NCBI GenBank assembly: GCA_036172245.1
Contig: JAYWIR010000007.1
Span: 2,480,001-2,544,000, forward strand
DNA: 64,000 nucleotides
Direction of reading: 5' to 3'
Origin: Raillietiella orientalis
Taxonomy: Eukaryota
Positions 1-38,831 of this stretch are shown piece after piece (positions within the stretch are counted from its first letter, which is position 1; each line of letters begins with the position of its first letter). The position numbers and the translations under genes are program-made. The notes under the pieces were generated by a model, which saw only the letters and a program-made list of their open reading frames with translations, was not told where the DNA came from and searched no databases.

Positions 1-1803
1 AGACCTGCAGCGGAGGAAACTCGAGTTTGGTCTAGCAGGGAGCTGCGTTTGCGTGGAGGGCCTCGCGTGCTTCCTTGAGTGGCTGCAACGGCGGCGAGAG
101 CACAATCGTAGTAGACTCCTAAGCGCACAGTGGTGCCACCCCGGGTGCCAAGCCATCAGCGGTCTTTGCTTGCGCTCTTGGCCGGTTGACCGTCACCGAG
201 CCTTAGTAGCGGCTGTGGCAGGGCTTGTAGCGGTAAAAGCGCCTTCCATCTCGATTACAGAGCTGAAAACTCACTGGAGGCACACCTCGGAGGCAACGCG
301 GGGTGACGACCGAACTGGTGGTCCGCGTTGGGTATACGCACTTGACGGAAGAGAAGTTTCCGGATTCTGAAGGCCGCAGACAAGAAGAACGGACTTCTTG
401 CAGCAACCTCGCCGGACGATCCGTCCATCAGCGCCCCTGCAGATAAATCGCGACGTTTCCCAAACTAAAGAGCGGATCGCGAGGTTGGACCCCTGCCCTC
501 GACAGAAGATCCGACAAACACTGACCGAGGCTCGTGTTTCCTCGGAAGCCACGGGTCCTGGAGAGAGCGCTTCTGTAGGCGTTCGGCTTTTTTTTGCCAG
601 CGAGGTTAGCGAGAGGTCAGTTGCAGCAGGATTCCTGGTCGCATTCCTGCATTTTCGCCGGCATTCTTTGCTGCGCGCTGTTCGTTAGAGAACGCAAGGC
701 GAGACCGAGAGTACCTTCCGCGCACGGCTGCTGCTGCTGTGCCGCTCGCAAGAAGGTGCTCGCAAGCACCTTCTTCTTCCGCGTCTGCAACGGTCGTTGC
801 GTGCAATCAGGCAAATTCAAACTGGTTGTTTTTTCGTGTTTGCTTCCGCTGCACTGCCGGATGGTCGCATTCCTGCCGGATGGCATCGCTCATTTCTATA
901 AGTTCTCTGACGGAATCTTCCCTTTCAGTTCTTCCAGGTACTCACAAAAGGCTCTCTTCCGTGCTTTTCGGCCTCATCTACGCATGCAATAATATTCAAT
1001 CATGAAGGGAAGGGGGAAGGGGGGAACAAAAAAACGATATAAACACGGAATGATCCAGATCTTTGTAGAGACCGCGGCTTCATCTCAACGCACGGATGCA
1101 TTCCTGGATCCGTACGAAAGTGCACGGAACGGATACCAGGGAGAACTTAGCACGCAATAGGCAAGGCAGAGTTCGATGTTCTTGGGCGGCCAGGGACGTC
1201 TGATTGAGGCCGCTGCGTTTTTCCGCCTTCTGCCGGGGTGTCTTCGCCGAGGAAGGGAGCGCGCGCCGTTTCCAAGAGGACTCTCGTCGGGTACGCGGGT
1301 TGTGTGGACCCGATGGCGGCCGGCACGCGGCGCCGCCGTTCGCCTTAAGCGGGAGTCCTCGGTTCGCGCTGGACAAGGATTGGGATGGAGAGAGGGAGGG
1401 CGGGGGGGGGGGGTCGGCAGAGAGGGATTCCGGATTCCCGCCACAGTGAATCCGGCAAGCCGCCCTAGGTTCAAAACGACCGAAGCGGAGGCGGGCCTCC
1501 TAGAACGCAGAGTTCCTGCTATAACGGAAGCGCGACGTGCTGCCCGCACGAGAACACGCACAGATGCGCGTCATTCGGCTCTCAGGGTGGCCAGCTTCGA
1601 TTTCCGTTTTTTCCTTTTCCTTTCCCCCCCTCTCGATTCCGAGCTGGCAGACGGCAGCCAAAGCTCCCGTGTGAATGACTGACAAGCAAGCAGTTTTTTC
1701 ATTTTATTTTTTATTTCGTGCAAAAAACACACACAAAAAAAAAAAACACTTTGCAATGAACTCCTTGATCAGCTCCATTCGTCGGCTTGCGAGTTGTGTT
1801 GTT

Positions 1804-26855
<25,052 letters not shown>

Positions 26856-29800
26856 CACGCAGGCTTGATCAGAAAAAAGCGATGCTTTGCGGAAACCTGA
26901 TTAGAGTAAACCACAATTTCATGGATGTCGGAATCTCATCATTCAAACGAACACGAATAAATAGAGGCTACGAAAGCTACCAGAGACGCGGTACACCCGA
27001 GTTCTGAGATCGTGAGGGCAGGTGGAAACCTGCTGATCCAGGGTAGCCTGAATGAACGATGAGGATTTGGGAATGTGTTCCAGGAACCGGTACACTTTTT
27101 GAATTTGCAAAAAAATTGACTCCCCTGAGATTCCGCAAGAGAGCAAATACGAACCGGTTCACAGATAATTTCCCTTACAGAAGATGTGAGCAGCCGCAAA
27201 AGGCTCATACAGCTCTACCGAAAGGGTTGGTAGGAACTGACAATGAGAAAGACCGGAGATAGGGGATGCACCTTAGGAGCAAAACGAAATTTGCAGTAAA
27301 AAAGGAAAGAAAAATAGAAAAAAAAAAAAAAAAGGAAGCAAATATCAAGTTTGCACAATGCTAGCAAGCGAAGAATTCACCCATATATGTGAGCGTGGGT
27401 AGAAAAATGGTCGCAGTTGCTTTTAAATTTTCCATATGGGGAGAGGGTTTTACCATTCCAACACAATTGCAACACTTCGCACCCTCGTCCTGTCAATTTC
27501 TGACAAGTCGAAGGTCCGAAGTTATTGCTTCAAATCTGCATGAAGTATGATACTAAATTCCGTCACGGTTAATGGCATTCCATGTCTTCCTAATGGAACA
27601 AAGAAACACTTCCAAGTGAAGAACCGCCTCGCTCTACTTGCGAAAGCCAGGAATCTACCGCCAGGAATTCTTAAATGGATACGAGATGAAGACCACTCCT
27701 TGAAACACGTGCGGATTCGATAAAGAAAGAATTCGCAAGGATGGGATAAGGTGCTGAGAAGCAAGAGAGGTCGTAGTGCGAACCTATTATGGAATGGAAG
27801 AAGAGCAGGGACACCAGCAATCCATAGGAAACGATTCCCAAGATTCTGAAGCTCATCAAGAAGTACAAAACTTATGTAACAGCACTCTCTTTCACTTCGA
27901 ATCTGCAAATGTCGATCCAGGAATTCATGGTTCTGTCTAGAAACCAGAGAGAATGGTTCGAAGGGTAAAGTAAAAGCAAGAAGAATCAGATAATACGGAT
28001 AATAATCAATCAAAGAGCTCATCACCGACATGAACGTGAAATGGTAAACAGTCGAGAGATCACAGGTGAAATGGATTCCAGAAGTTGGCGAACGCAGCTG
28101 CACGGAAGAAACCAGTACGACCGATGATGACCGAGAAATATCAAATTTTTTCAGCATTATTATTTTCAGGCTAAAAACAGCACAGAATGGTATCCGTTTC
28201 TTAGTAACAAAACTGCTTAGAAGCCAGTGTGTACCACATCAAACGAGCTTCGCTTTCACTGGAGCACTCTTACGCGAGTGTGTGCCGTTGCAGCTGCAGA
28301 ACGTATGCGCTGACGATTTCGGAGAGGACGCTGTAATCCCAATGCTTACGACATAAGATGGTACGAAGACCGGAGCGAACATACGAATCCTCCGACTGTG
28401 CATCACAGGACATCCTCAGCTTCGAACCGACGTCCCGGAAGGACGATCCGCGAACACTGCACAAGGCAAGTGGCAACTCGTACGCTTCTTATGGGTACAC
28501 TATTGCAAAAGTTTTCTTCTGACAGGATGAAAGTCTTCACTAAGCTCGTCAAGCAATGCGTGCTTTCTCGAATGGCATAAGAAAAGTGTACAAAGAAATG
28601 GGAAATTCTATAGTAGTTGCGCACCCTCAACAAAAGGAAAAGCAAACGTCACGGTGGTTTGGGAACAGTTCGGTCAGGATGTGGTCATAGCTTCGTGGAT
28701 TTCTGCCCAGAACACTCACTGGAAATGCGGTAACTGAGTTTCTATTTTCGAGCATGCACCTGGTTTCTGTGGCATACTCTGCTTCTCTGCTCGGGAAGAC
28801 TTTCTGAACCCATATGCGTTTCAGAATATGCCAGCGCGTTATCTTGAGTCAAAATGGCTCGTGGTGGTGGTTCTCCTAACTCGAAACTGTCGCCCGTGGC
28901 TCTTGGTATCCACGCATTTTCTGATGGGTACTAACTCACTGCATGGTTTTCTAGCCGCCTTATTCTTGTAATCCCATATCCGTTTTTTTTTTTTTTGCTA
29001 TTTTTCCGTTAAAAAACAGCACTATACAGTTCACAAATGAATAAACCAAGGAATCTGGTACACAGTGCTGTTATACTTCCTGTTCACCAAAATGGCAGTA
29101 GCGTTTGCCATGGGATATTTCTTAACTATAATCGACTCTTGGATGAAGCTCCAGAAACCGACCAATTTTATCCTGTTCTACTCCAAAACTATGCCCACTA
29201 TGCTGCTCAAAAGTAAACTAAGTCCAGAGCGTGAACTAAACGAGCGATGTCTTCTGATTCTAAATGTTGCACCGCATCCGCATGAAAGGAAACAGTCGAA
29301 AAATAGAAGAAAAAATCAAAAAGCTAACAGACAGGAATGGAGGGTGAGCACATCAGACGATTTTCATTAACGAGGAGCCTTTGACCCTTTTAAAACACTT
29401 TAATACAGGAAGACGAATCACATATCTTTACAATATACGTTACGGTTTGGATGCTTTTATTTTACGATTAAAATGAGAAACATGAGAAAAACCGATGGAT
29501 TAGTTGTACACCCTTTAAGAGTACAATATGGCCGAGAATTAAACTACGGTACACTAAATGTGATGTCGATTCGCAACCGTGGAAATAGAACATATCAGTC
29601 ACTTCGATTCAACCGAGTGTGACTTGCAGGTAAGTTTGCAACTAAGCATCCAAATTTTTCACCCGTCGTGTGTCCCCTTCCTCTTATCACATCGAGGCAA
29701 AGCAAACCCTGGTCTTGTTCGAATGCTATAAGCATAAACCTTAACATGATGTGAGTGAAAAGTCACTGGATAAATAAAGGCTGCAGAAATGACAACTTCA

Positions 29801-30036
29801 TCAAAGAATTCTCGTGGGAATGGTAAATCATTCTTCAACCCAACTACAGCCCAAAGTAATGGCAAACTACCACGCTAGAGTATTAAACTTATATCCGCTC
29901 AAGGCAAAAGATTAACACATTAAAAAAGTTAGGAAATGAATGATGTAAGTAACGTTTATTGATGTGCTTCCACTTTCGTAATCACAAAATCAACACATCA
30001 CACATTAATGAATAGATCTTTAGCTAGTTATCCGAT

Positions 30037-33000
30037 CTATTTCGTACATTTGTAAGTTTGCATGAACTCCTGCAAACTCCAACGCCCTAAAATACCCTTT
30101 ACCACAACATCCTGTGATCAATAACATTAATCGAAAATATTCGGTCTCCAATGGGTTAGCATTCTTACTTCGGAATAAAGTCCATTTGTTTAACAATTAT
30201 GGATTGATCTCTGAATGTTTGTAAATTGAAACATCAAGATTTGTGCCCTGATGTTTTGATGGTTTTTTTGCTGACAAAAACAAGCAGCTCCAAGCAAATT
30301 ATGCCGAAAAAATATCAAAGCATCTCTTCTTCAAATGTAAAAAATTTCGACCACCATGTTGCACATAACCTTCACAACAGAGAACCATCTGTGAAAAGTA
30401 CATCCTGCTTCTCAAATATTACTGCCTTTGTTTTAGTAATCCTTTGACAAAAATCAAACGTAAGATCTGCGCTTTACAGAACGTAACTCTTTTTTGGAGC
30501 CATGATCAATCAATAGCATCCATTGTTCTTCAGTCTCTGTAATGCCATGTGCAATGCCTAAACAGCAAACCACTCAAAAGGCTGATTTTAAGTTTGCTTT
30601 CTCACCATTTTTACATATTCTATTAACAGTGTGTATATGGCCAGAAAAAATATTTATGTTACATTCGTTTAACTTCACAAATTCTATAGCATATGCGCAA
30701 TCAACTGGGCATATGATTTGAATTTACAAGTACAGAAAGGAACACTTAGTTGCCACTATGATGTACAAACAGTTGCATCATTTGGGGCAGCATCCTTAAG
30801 GAACCACGAATGTACCCAACTGAACAGAATACTTCTGCTTTCAATTAGATGATCATTAAGACTGCATGGCTGTTGTCCACGACTGTTTTAATAAAGTTGC
30901 AATTTGTTTTTGTCTCTTTGATGACTTTTATTAAAATTCTTTTTGCGTTTCCAAGCATGTATGATATGCAAATAAATGACAACTTTTAGATCAACTTCTT
31001 TATGATATGTATAAGTAAGTTGAATAAATATTTGCTTGACTCGATCAGTATTGAAATTTTGGTGTTCTGGGGCATACTAGTCAAGTTTGCTGTTTCTTCC
31101 ATACAACTACATGCAAACTTGGATCTTTTTACTCTTTTTTGGTACACTGTGAGATGAATCCATCACGAACATTGTTTCCTTGTTCCTTCTGTCTCTCATT
31201 CTGCCCAACTATAAGGCAATACTTGCTTACATACAATAAAAACATCACGAGGGGATATATTGCTTAAAGTTAAGAACTATCAAATAGTCCTCTTTTTTTA
31301 AAAGGAAATATTACAATGTGTGCACGGAATAGAAGTCACCAAAATTTGAGTACCATTTCACATTTCCAAATGTATTATGGAACAGTATATTTTCAAATTC
31401 GAATATATTTTCAATTTGACAGTTGGAGTGGGACTCATGGTGAATGAAAATTAATGAATCTTGAATAGATGAAAAGTGAAGCCATAATCTTGAAGTCAAT
31501 TGTCAGAACATATAAGCTCTGCCATTTGTTGTTTCTCATTAGCCAGAAATTCTGATGCCATTTTCTCCAGTGCATTCTTCAAAATATTAACTTCAGCCAT
31601 ATAAAATCCAGGACTCTCAGAAACTTTATGATGTATTTTGATGTAACTATACGGATATGTAATCCACGATATGAGATCGATAACAGAAGCACCAATTAGC
31701 ACACTGTTATTTTCGAAATTTGATAAGTCCGGCCTAAAACTTGCTTGTATCAAAAAACCACATCATAAAACAAATTATGCACTTATGAAAAAAAAAATTA
31801 ATCTAACAAAAAAATTAATCCAACGATCACAAAAGTATAGAAAATACGTACCTATATATTTTCGGAGGGTTTTGTTTACATTGGTGATTGGACAGTTCTT
31901 CATAGATTAATGCTCTATGCAGATAGTAAGAATCCAAAACATGTTGTGCAATGTACCATAAATGTGCAACTTGTTTTTCTGATAATACCGACTCATGAAA
32001 TAGTTTCATCAACAGAGAATGCACATAAGTCAAGGGTAACACCTGTGGCTCCTAAAAAGAATCACAATTTTAAATTTCCTAGAAATAAACACTTTTGCCC
32101 TTGATTTACAAATCTGCATTTCTTGGCAATGATTAAGAATTTTTGTTCGATCAAAATTTAGCAAATAATTTATCAAACAGTAATTTAAGGTCCTTCATAT
32201 GGTTAGCCACATTATCAAATGTGAAAACAGCAAATTCAACAAGATTCAATCGTAGATTTCGTTGTGAGACAATGCTGCATAATCACATTGTTATATTTAT
32301 CTTACAGAATGTTATTTTTTTTTGAAAAACGAAATCAAAACTTAATCAGATGGATGAATACTTGCAAACTTAAAATTTATGAAAAAACACAACAGTTTTA
32401 CCATAAGCAAAAAATTATTAAACATATACATCTTTTTTAAAAAGCACCCCTATAATTTGTTAAGGTCATTACTTGTTTGATTAGGAATTTTGATGCATTC
32501 CTATCCAGTGATTATTTTTCTCACAAACTCACAACAATGGTAATAGCAATAATTTTAAGAAAACAAAAACGTTGAAGTTAATTTAAATGATTTCATGTTG
32601 CACATTTTAATCAAAAATCATTATAAATCGATTCTTTAAACATTATTCTGCTCATCACTGAATGTACATCAGTTCTCCAAGTCAGTGAAAATAAGGAAAT
32701 AATTTCACTCAGTTTACTGATAAATGTCTCACAAGAATTAGTCGAATGCTTCATCAAGCAAACTTTATCTATGTGCCTACTCGATTTAATGACATCATGA
32801 AAAATAATTACAAATTCATACAAATTGATATTTGCTTGAATTGCAATGACTGAAATATATTCTCACAAAAAGTAGACACATGTTTCTATGCAGTTGCAAA
32901 ATAACTTCATTCCAGAAAGTAAAAAATATCTTACAAAGGACTGGGAAACAATCAGCATTACATCTCTGAAATTCTCCAATTCACATGCTGATAATTTCTT

Positions 33001-34150
33001 CCCAATTCTTCGGGCAAAATATAAGAACTGCTTTGTTTCCTTGAGCAAAGATAATGTAATTTGCATACAGAATCCAAAAATTAATGTTTTGAACACATTG
33101 TAATTCAACAATACTGTTTTAGGGATTTAAGTATCACATTTCTTTTTAATATGAACTGAAAACAATTCAATTGAAAAATCAAATATCCTACTAATGTTTT
33201 ATCTTCCTGTGTAATTGTAAAATATATGCAGATAAGAATAATCAGAATTCTGTTTTTTGAAAAAACTTGCTCAGTAGACTTCCATGCACTGGACCAGTCA
33301 GAGTCTCTTCTGAAGAATGTTTGTGCAAAATACTTCAGGAAACTAAAGAAAAATACACAATGTATTCTGCAATTCCTTGAATAATTTAAGCACATGTAAA
33401 TAAATTGCATGCATTACATTTGCATGAAAAGAAGCACAATTTCGATTTACATAATTCCAAATTCTTCCAACCTCAAGTATATACTTTAAACCTTTCTTCA
33501 ATAATGAATACAGCAACAGACTATTTTAGGATGTCTCTTTAGCAATTTTTATTGATGAAAACTTATGTTTAATGGAAAAAAGAAAAGCAGTCTTTACCAA
33601 TGAAACAACTAAATCTGTCAACTAAAGATGCAAGTACTCTTTTGATTAATATCATGTAAATGAAATTAAACTCATTTTAAAACTTTCAAACCAATTACTT
33701 AAAGCTACTTGCTAAAAAATATCAAAAACAATTTAAACAATACATGAAATACTCACTGATCTAAGTTGTGAATACACTTGTGCCTCAATTCTGTGGTACA
33801 TTCTAAAGACTTTTCCTTGCATATCCCTTCCAAAAGACACCACAGTTTGCTGACTACTAAGTAAGAAGGTTTGATACAATATGGAATTCTCTTTTTTAAG
33901 ATTTTTTGATTTTCATCTTTAATAGCATCCAAAGATCTCTTGACAGCCACTTCTGTAAAATACACATATATACATATACACACACATATATTATTTGCTT
34001 ATGAACAATCAACTAAGTTTAATTTTGCTTTGCCACAATAAAACCTATGACTTTTTGTTTCAAAACACATTAGATCAACCTTCGCTAATTACTCCACTTT
34101 CGCTTAATTTTGGAGTTTCACCATCTAAAGATGATTTTCTGTCAAAGAAC
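30037..34150 (-). CDS. Unidentified AT-rich multi-exon gene-like region (helical protein or decaying gene); boundaries approximate
   Basis: Several open minus-strand segments bounded by splice-like signals. Examples: ~33952-33757 (EVAVKRSLDAIKDENQKILKK..HNLD|gtgagt), and ~32051-31850 (EPQVLPLTYVHSLLMKLF..KIYR|gtacgt), which joins in phase to the segment starting ~31733 (PDLSNFENNSVLIGASVIDLISW). Minus-strand AATAAA near 29955. I could not build a full in-phase model or recognise a family. Confidence 0.4.
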
Positions 34151-37056
34151 TGCATTTTAATAAATGAGATACCATAAGACGAGGAAAGTATACGAATAAA
34201 TGAACAACAACGTTACTAGGATACTGGAAATACGGTCCAAAAAGCTTAAAATCCTTTCAAAGTGTCACTAGTCTTTAGAATGCTTGCAGTAAACAGTTTA
34301 CCGAGATGATCCAACTGCTAAGATATGAGAATTCGGTTTGAACACCATTTTTCTTTAAAAAATGTTCGTAACTTCAAACTCATACATCGATTTGCATATT
34401 CAGCACAAGACCGTCTCACCCTACACGTGTGTCACAACCAAAACTACGAATCTCAACACAGAATTCTAGCACGACCACATGACACGATGCTTTACGATCA
34501 CGGATTTCCATCTGATATTCCTCCGTGGCCGTATGGCTTGAGGTGACAGTGAGCCGGAAACCCACATTTTGCAAGTACCAGGAAGACAAGGCAAATCAGA
34601 ACAGAACGTAAAGAGAAAGGTCCAGCAGCTGATCCGATTGATGGAGCAACAAGGTTTTCCTCCAAAACTACTGTGTCGAACACGAAAAGCAGACTCAACT
34701 TGAAATGTCAATGGAAAATATGACACACAAACTGACAAATATCAAAACAGTGAACTGCTTTAAGCATGACGGTGCCGAACTTGCTTGAGCATTCCATCTG
34801 TGCAAGCCAAAAATCCTCAAACCTCAATCCACGTTTCTCAAAGGCACAATGTGTGTCAAATGTGTTTGCTTGCCAAATGTCAGATGATTTGCACTTTTCT
34901 TATGCAATCGCAGAAATGTAGCCGTGAACAAAAAGGTTTTCATCCTTTTCGTTAAAAAATTAGCGACGAAGATCGAATAACAATCATACTGCACATAAAA
35001 AAAAATCAGTTCATATGGATTAGTCCTTGATTTAAGCGTTTGAAACAATTCTGTGCGTTTAACACATTTTTTTTAAATCATCAAATTAACAACTCGGGCA
35101 TTGTGTGTCTTGTAATTTTTTTTAATCAAATAAATTCTGGAGAATGTAAAACCACCAGCTAATTTTTAAATCTTATTTTTCATCATCTATTCAACTATGG
35201 AACATCATTTACCGATATCATTAGATACATTACTCGGGCTGCACTTATTTCATCAAGAAAATGCATATTAAAGAATGCATTAGTGCCATCTTTAGAGCAT
35301 TTTTTTGTAATGCACTTCTAAAGCAATTTCATAAAATTTATCTAATATATTTGCAAATATTTGTATTCAGCAGAAAAGTTGACGTGGCTGCAAATTTCCT
35401 AGATGTCATTACTTTTCAATTCATTGAATGGTACAACCATTAGAGATTTGCAGTCTTAAATTTTCAATTCTTTAAATTCTTTTATGATTCAAATTTAATC
35501 GTTTGCTATATGTAATTCCTTATTTTGTCTAATTTCTATTCTTATCCTTTTCTACTAATGATTTCCATTCAAGCTTTATGCGGAACTATTAAGAAGCCTA
35601 CTGCTTGTGTAACGTGGAAAATCTTTGAATTCACTTTATTAATCAAAGCACTATTATTACATTGATAGACTATTTTATGCACTAAATTTCATGTTGAAAC
35701 AAAATCGGAAACTTCTGTTTGCCACTTAAATATCGCACAGCAAAATATTTGATTCGATGAATTTGAGAGGTAGTTGTTTCCTTGATTTTTTGTTTTCATG
35801 GTTTGAGTCACATTCATGTAAAGTTTTTCATCCCACATCGAGTTTCCATTTATGCATTTTTTTAATTCTGAAAGCTTTATGTTTCGCAGGAGAGCTAGTT
35901 TATTCCTTTGAATGCAACTGTTGAATCACATGTAATCAGTCGAACAGTTTTCCTTTAGAGTGTCCTTGAGCTTTTCGTGAAATAAGTTTTCCATGGTTAT
36001 TTTTTTTGGGGGGGAGGGGGGATTTGCGAAGATTTTTGGGAAGTAACTGGCATTTAAAATCACAAATGGTTGTGGTCAAAGGGGTAAAATAAACGAATTG
36101 GACAGAGAGTAATCAGAGGAGATTCCGTGGTTCTAAAACATAAACATGGTCCTCGATGAGTTTTTACTGGACAGTTTTCTGATCTGTAATGAATATCAAC
36201 ATTATGTTTGCAATACTTGATAACACAGTATAATGACTGTTCACAAGATCGCTACAAATTATTAAAGGACTGGTGTTCCAGTAGCAACTCAGTCTTAATA
36301 ATTTAAACTAAACCGAAACATAAAAATCAATACCAAATGAATTCACGTTTAAATACAAACCAAAAAACCGTAATTATTCCATCATTTTGACTAATGAATA
36401 CTATTTGAAAAAGAAAGTCTGTAAGTCATACACTCTCAGCTTACAAGGCAGGATTTTCCGTTAGAGGATGCTGTTCTCCAAAAATTCCGTGCAAACAGAT
36501 GCTGGTCTCGGTTCTCGAGAAGTCTTCATGGGAACTTTCAGAAAATGACCATTCGTTTCGCAAGCAGGTTGCCCATTGGGCAGCTTACGTGGTGCTGGAC
36601 GAACTTTCGAATCCACAATACAGTCAGCATTTTTCGGTTCGCTCGCTTTTTGCGTTCTCTTCAGTGACAGACTTGAAAGTAATTTTACGAATTTGGGTTA
36701 TTTTCTTGTGCAGGATATCCGTGGCTGAATGTAATCAGTAAGTAACTATATAAGGTGTACCCGTGTTACTTTGGGGGCTGGCGAACTGGGACCGGCACCT
36801 ACGCTAGAAACTGTATCTACAGGATGCACGGACCAATGATGATTCCAATGCAAAAGTACATGTGCACATGCAAAAGTTCGTGTGACAGATGTTGGAGCTG
36901 CCAAGTTTGCACAGCCGCTTATATTTTTTCCAAACGTTTACTCCAATTTTACGGAACTTTCAAAAATTTTATTTCCGTAACATCTTTAGGGCACTAAATT
37001 ATATGTATTACAGTTTTGTGTTGAAGAACTTGAGGGCCTTAGCATGCATACATAAC

Positions 37057-38831
37057 TCAATTCAATGTACGTTGAAGCTCTTTAATGATAAGTTCTATTA
37101 CTTTTGGGGTAGTCATGGCATTGGCTAAATGTTTTAGGAAAGACTCATATTCTAATGTATTCATATATGTATATCTAGAATCAGTGAGTGAGTCAAAAGT
37201 AAACTCTTTCAAAGAATAAGGAATTAAAAGCTTCCGATCCATTGGTGTGTGTACACCATTGCACTTAAGAAATGATTGCCACACAAATTGCAGAAATTGT
37301 TCAGTCTTGTAAGGTTCCAGAATCTATTGAAAAAAAACATTCCATTGAAACCATTAAAACTAATATTTTTAACAATTCATTTCATATATGCAAAACACCT
37401 AACCTGTCTATCATTTATCAAGCTTTGATGATGTTTAAATAATCCTCCCATCAATAATTGTACAATAGATTCCTCTAGGCGACTGCTGTCATCCTCATGC
37501 TGTTCAGAGCATCAAAATTTAATTCAGATTTGACATTGCATACAACCATTTCTATCCAAGTGTTCACACTAATGGATGTCTCCAGATTCTCAACAAAATG
37601 CCACCAATGATTTGGAACTAATAGCACTTCCCCTGGATTCAGGATGTAAATATATGGAGTAGTTGATTTCAGTGTCTCCTTTAGAACAAATATTGAAGAA
37701 GAAGTTAGATGAAATAGTTTTAATTCACTAAAAACACTTGACTCTTCATAGGGAACACGAGTTGGGTAAAGAAAATTGCTTTGTGATGGAGGAAATAAAA
37801 TCCAACGCTTCCTGAATTATCAAAAGCAATAAATAAACAGTTATTGAGATCATTTACCTGCCATACAACTGTGCAACCAAATTACAACCATATGTATCAT
37901 AATGACCTGGCGTAAATGCCCCTGGACTTCCGATCCAAATGGTTGTGCTTTTTCCTTTCCTATCATGCAGTCCTAACTCTCCCCATTCAAATATCTAGTG
38001 TACAATTTTTAGCTGATGTCACTAAATTGTTCCAACAGTTCCTCATACATCAAGTTTACCTGAATCCTTTTCAAATATCTGTTCCATATGCTGATAGGAG
38101 CTATAGCACCACTCACGCCTCTCACTCTGTTTAACCCACTTATGAAACTCTTTCATGGTCATGTGAATAGTCTTTCTTCCATTTTCCCAATCTTCTGGAC
38201 TCATCCTCAAATCTACCTACAACAAACATTGCATCACATTCTAAACTTAGTTATGTTTACCTACAATTAAAGTGCACTTCTGTTAATTTATAGTTCCAAA
38301 GCATTATTGTGCTTACATATAAGTTTAAGAGAACAAATTACATATGAATCAACTAATTAGGAGAAAAAAAGGCAGATCCTACAACTTGGCTAATATCACT
38401 CTTTGCAAATGGTGTGAAGTAGCTATCATGTGTTAAGGAATGCCGTCACTCATCATCGTTACCCTGAATAGTTGGAATCAAATTGTTAGAGCGGTCGAAA
38501 TATAACAAGCCTGAATGCTATATTCTGGTAATATCAGCAATGTAATAGTTTTCCAAAATAAATGACGCAATATTCAAATGTTTTTCAACAACATTTTTCT
38601 CAATACGGTACTAAGTGATGACTGGTACTATCTGATGACAGATTAAAAGTCATAAAATTGCATAAGGCTTACATTATCTGTAATTCTCCCAGTTTGAAAA
38701 GGTAATTTCTTGGCGCCAAAATAGTCAATCCACAATTCCATGGACCAGATCCGACATGTCCAATTATCTATTTGATTTTCAAAAACTATGGGTGTTTTGA
38801 TCGTTTCTGCTGCAAATCCTGCTACATTCAT
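37057..38831 (-). CDS. HSPBAP1: JmjC-domain protein, HSPB1-associated protein 1 homolog; 6 exons, ~363 aa
   Basis: Exons 38831-38673, 38216-38049, 37994-37858, 37811-37547 (or 37544), 37499-37404 and 37323-37057 are in phase. Peptides TIWIGSPGAFTPGHYDTYGCNLVAQLYGRKRWILFPP, LYPTRVPYEESSVFS and LNPGEVLLVPNHWWHFVE..SVNTWIE match HSPBAP1. The Fe(II) HxD...H triad is intact. Confidence 0.92.

Noticed and set aside
34400..37000. Possible small plus-strand gene (splice-like signals near 36463 and 36714-36737, Cys-rich ORF 36755-36997)
   Set aside because: Could not assemble an in-phase model or recognise a product.
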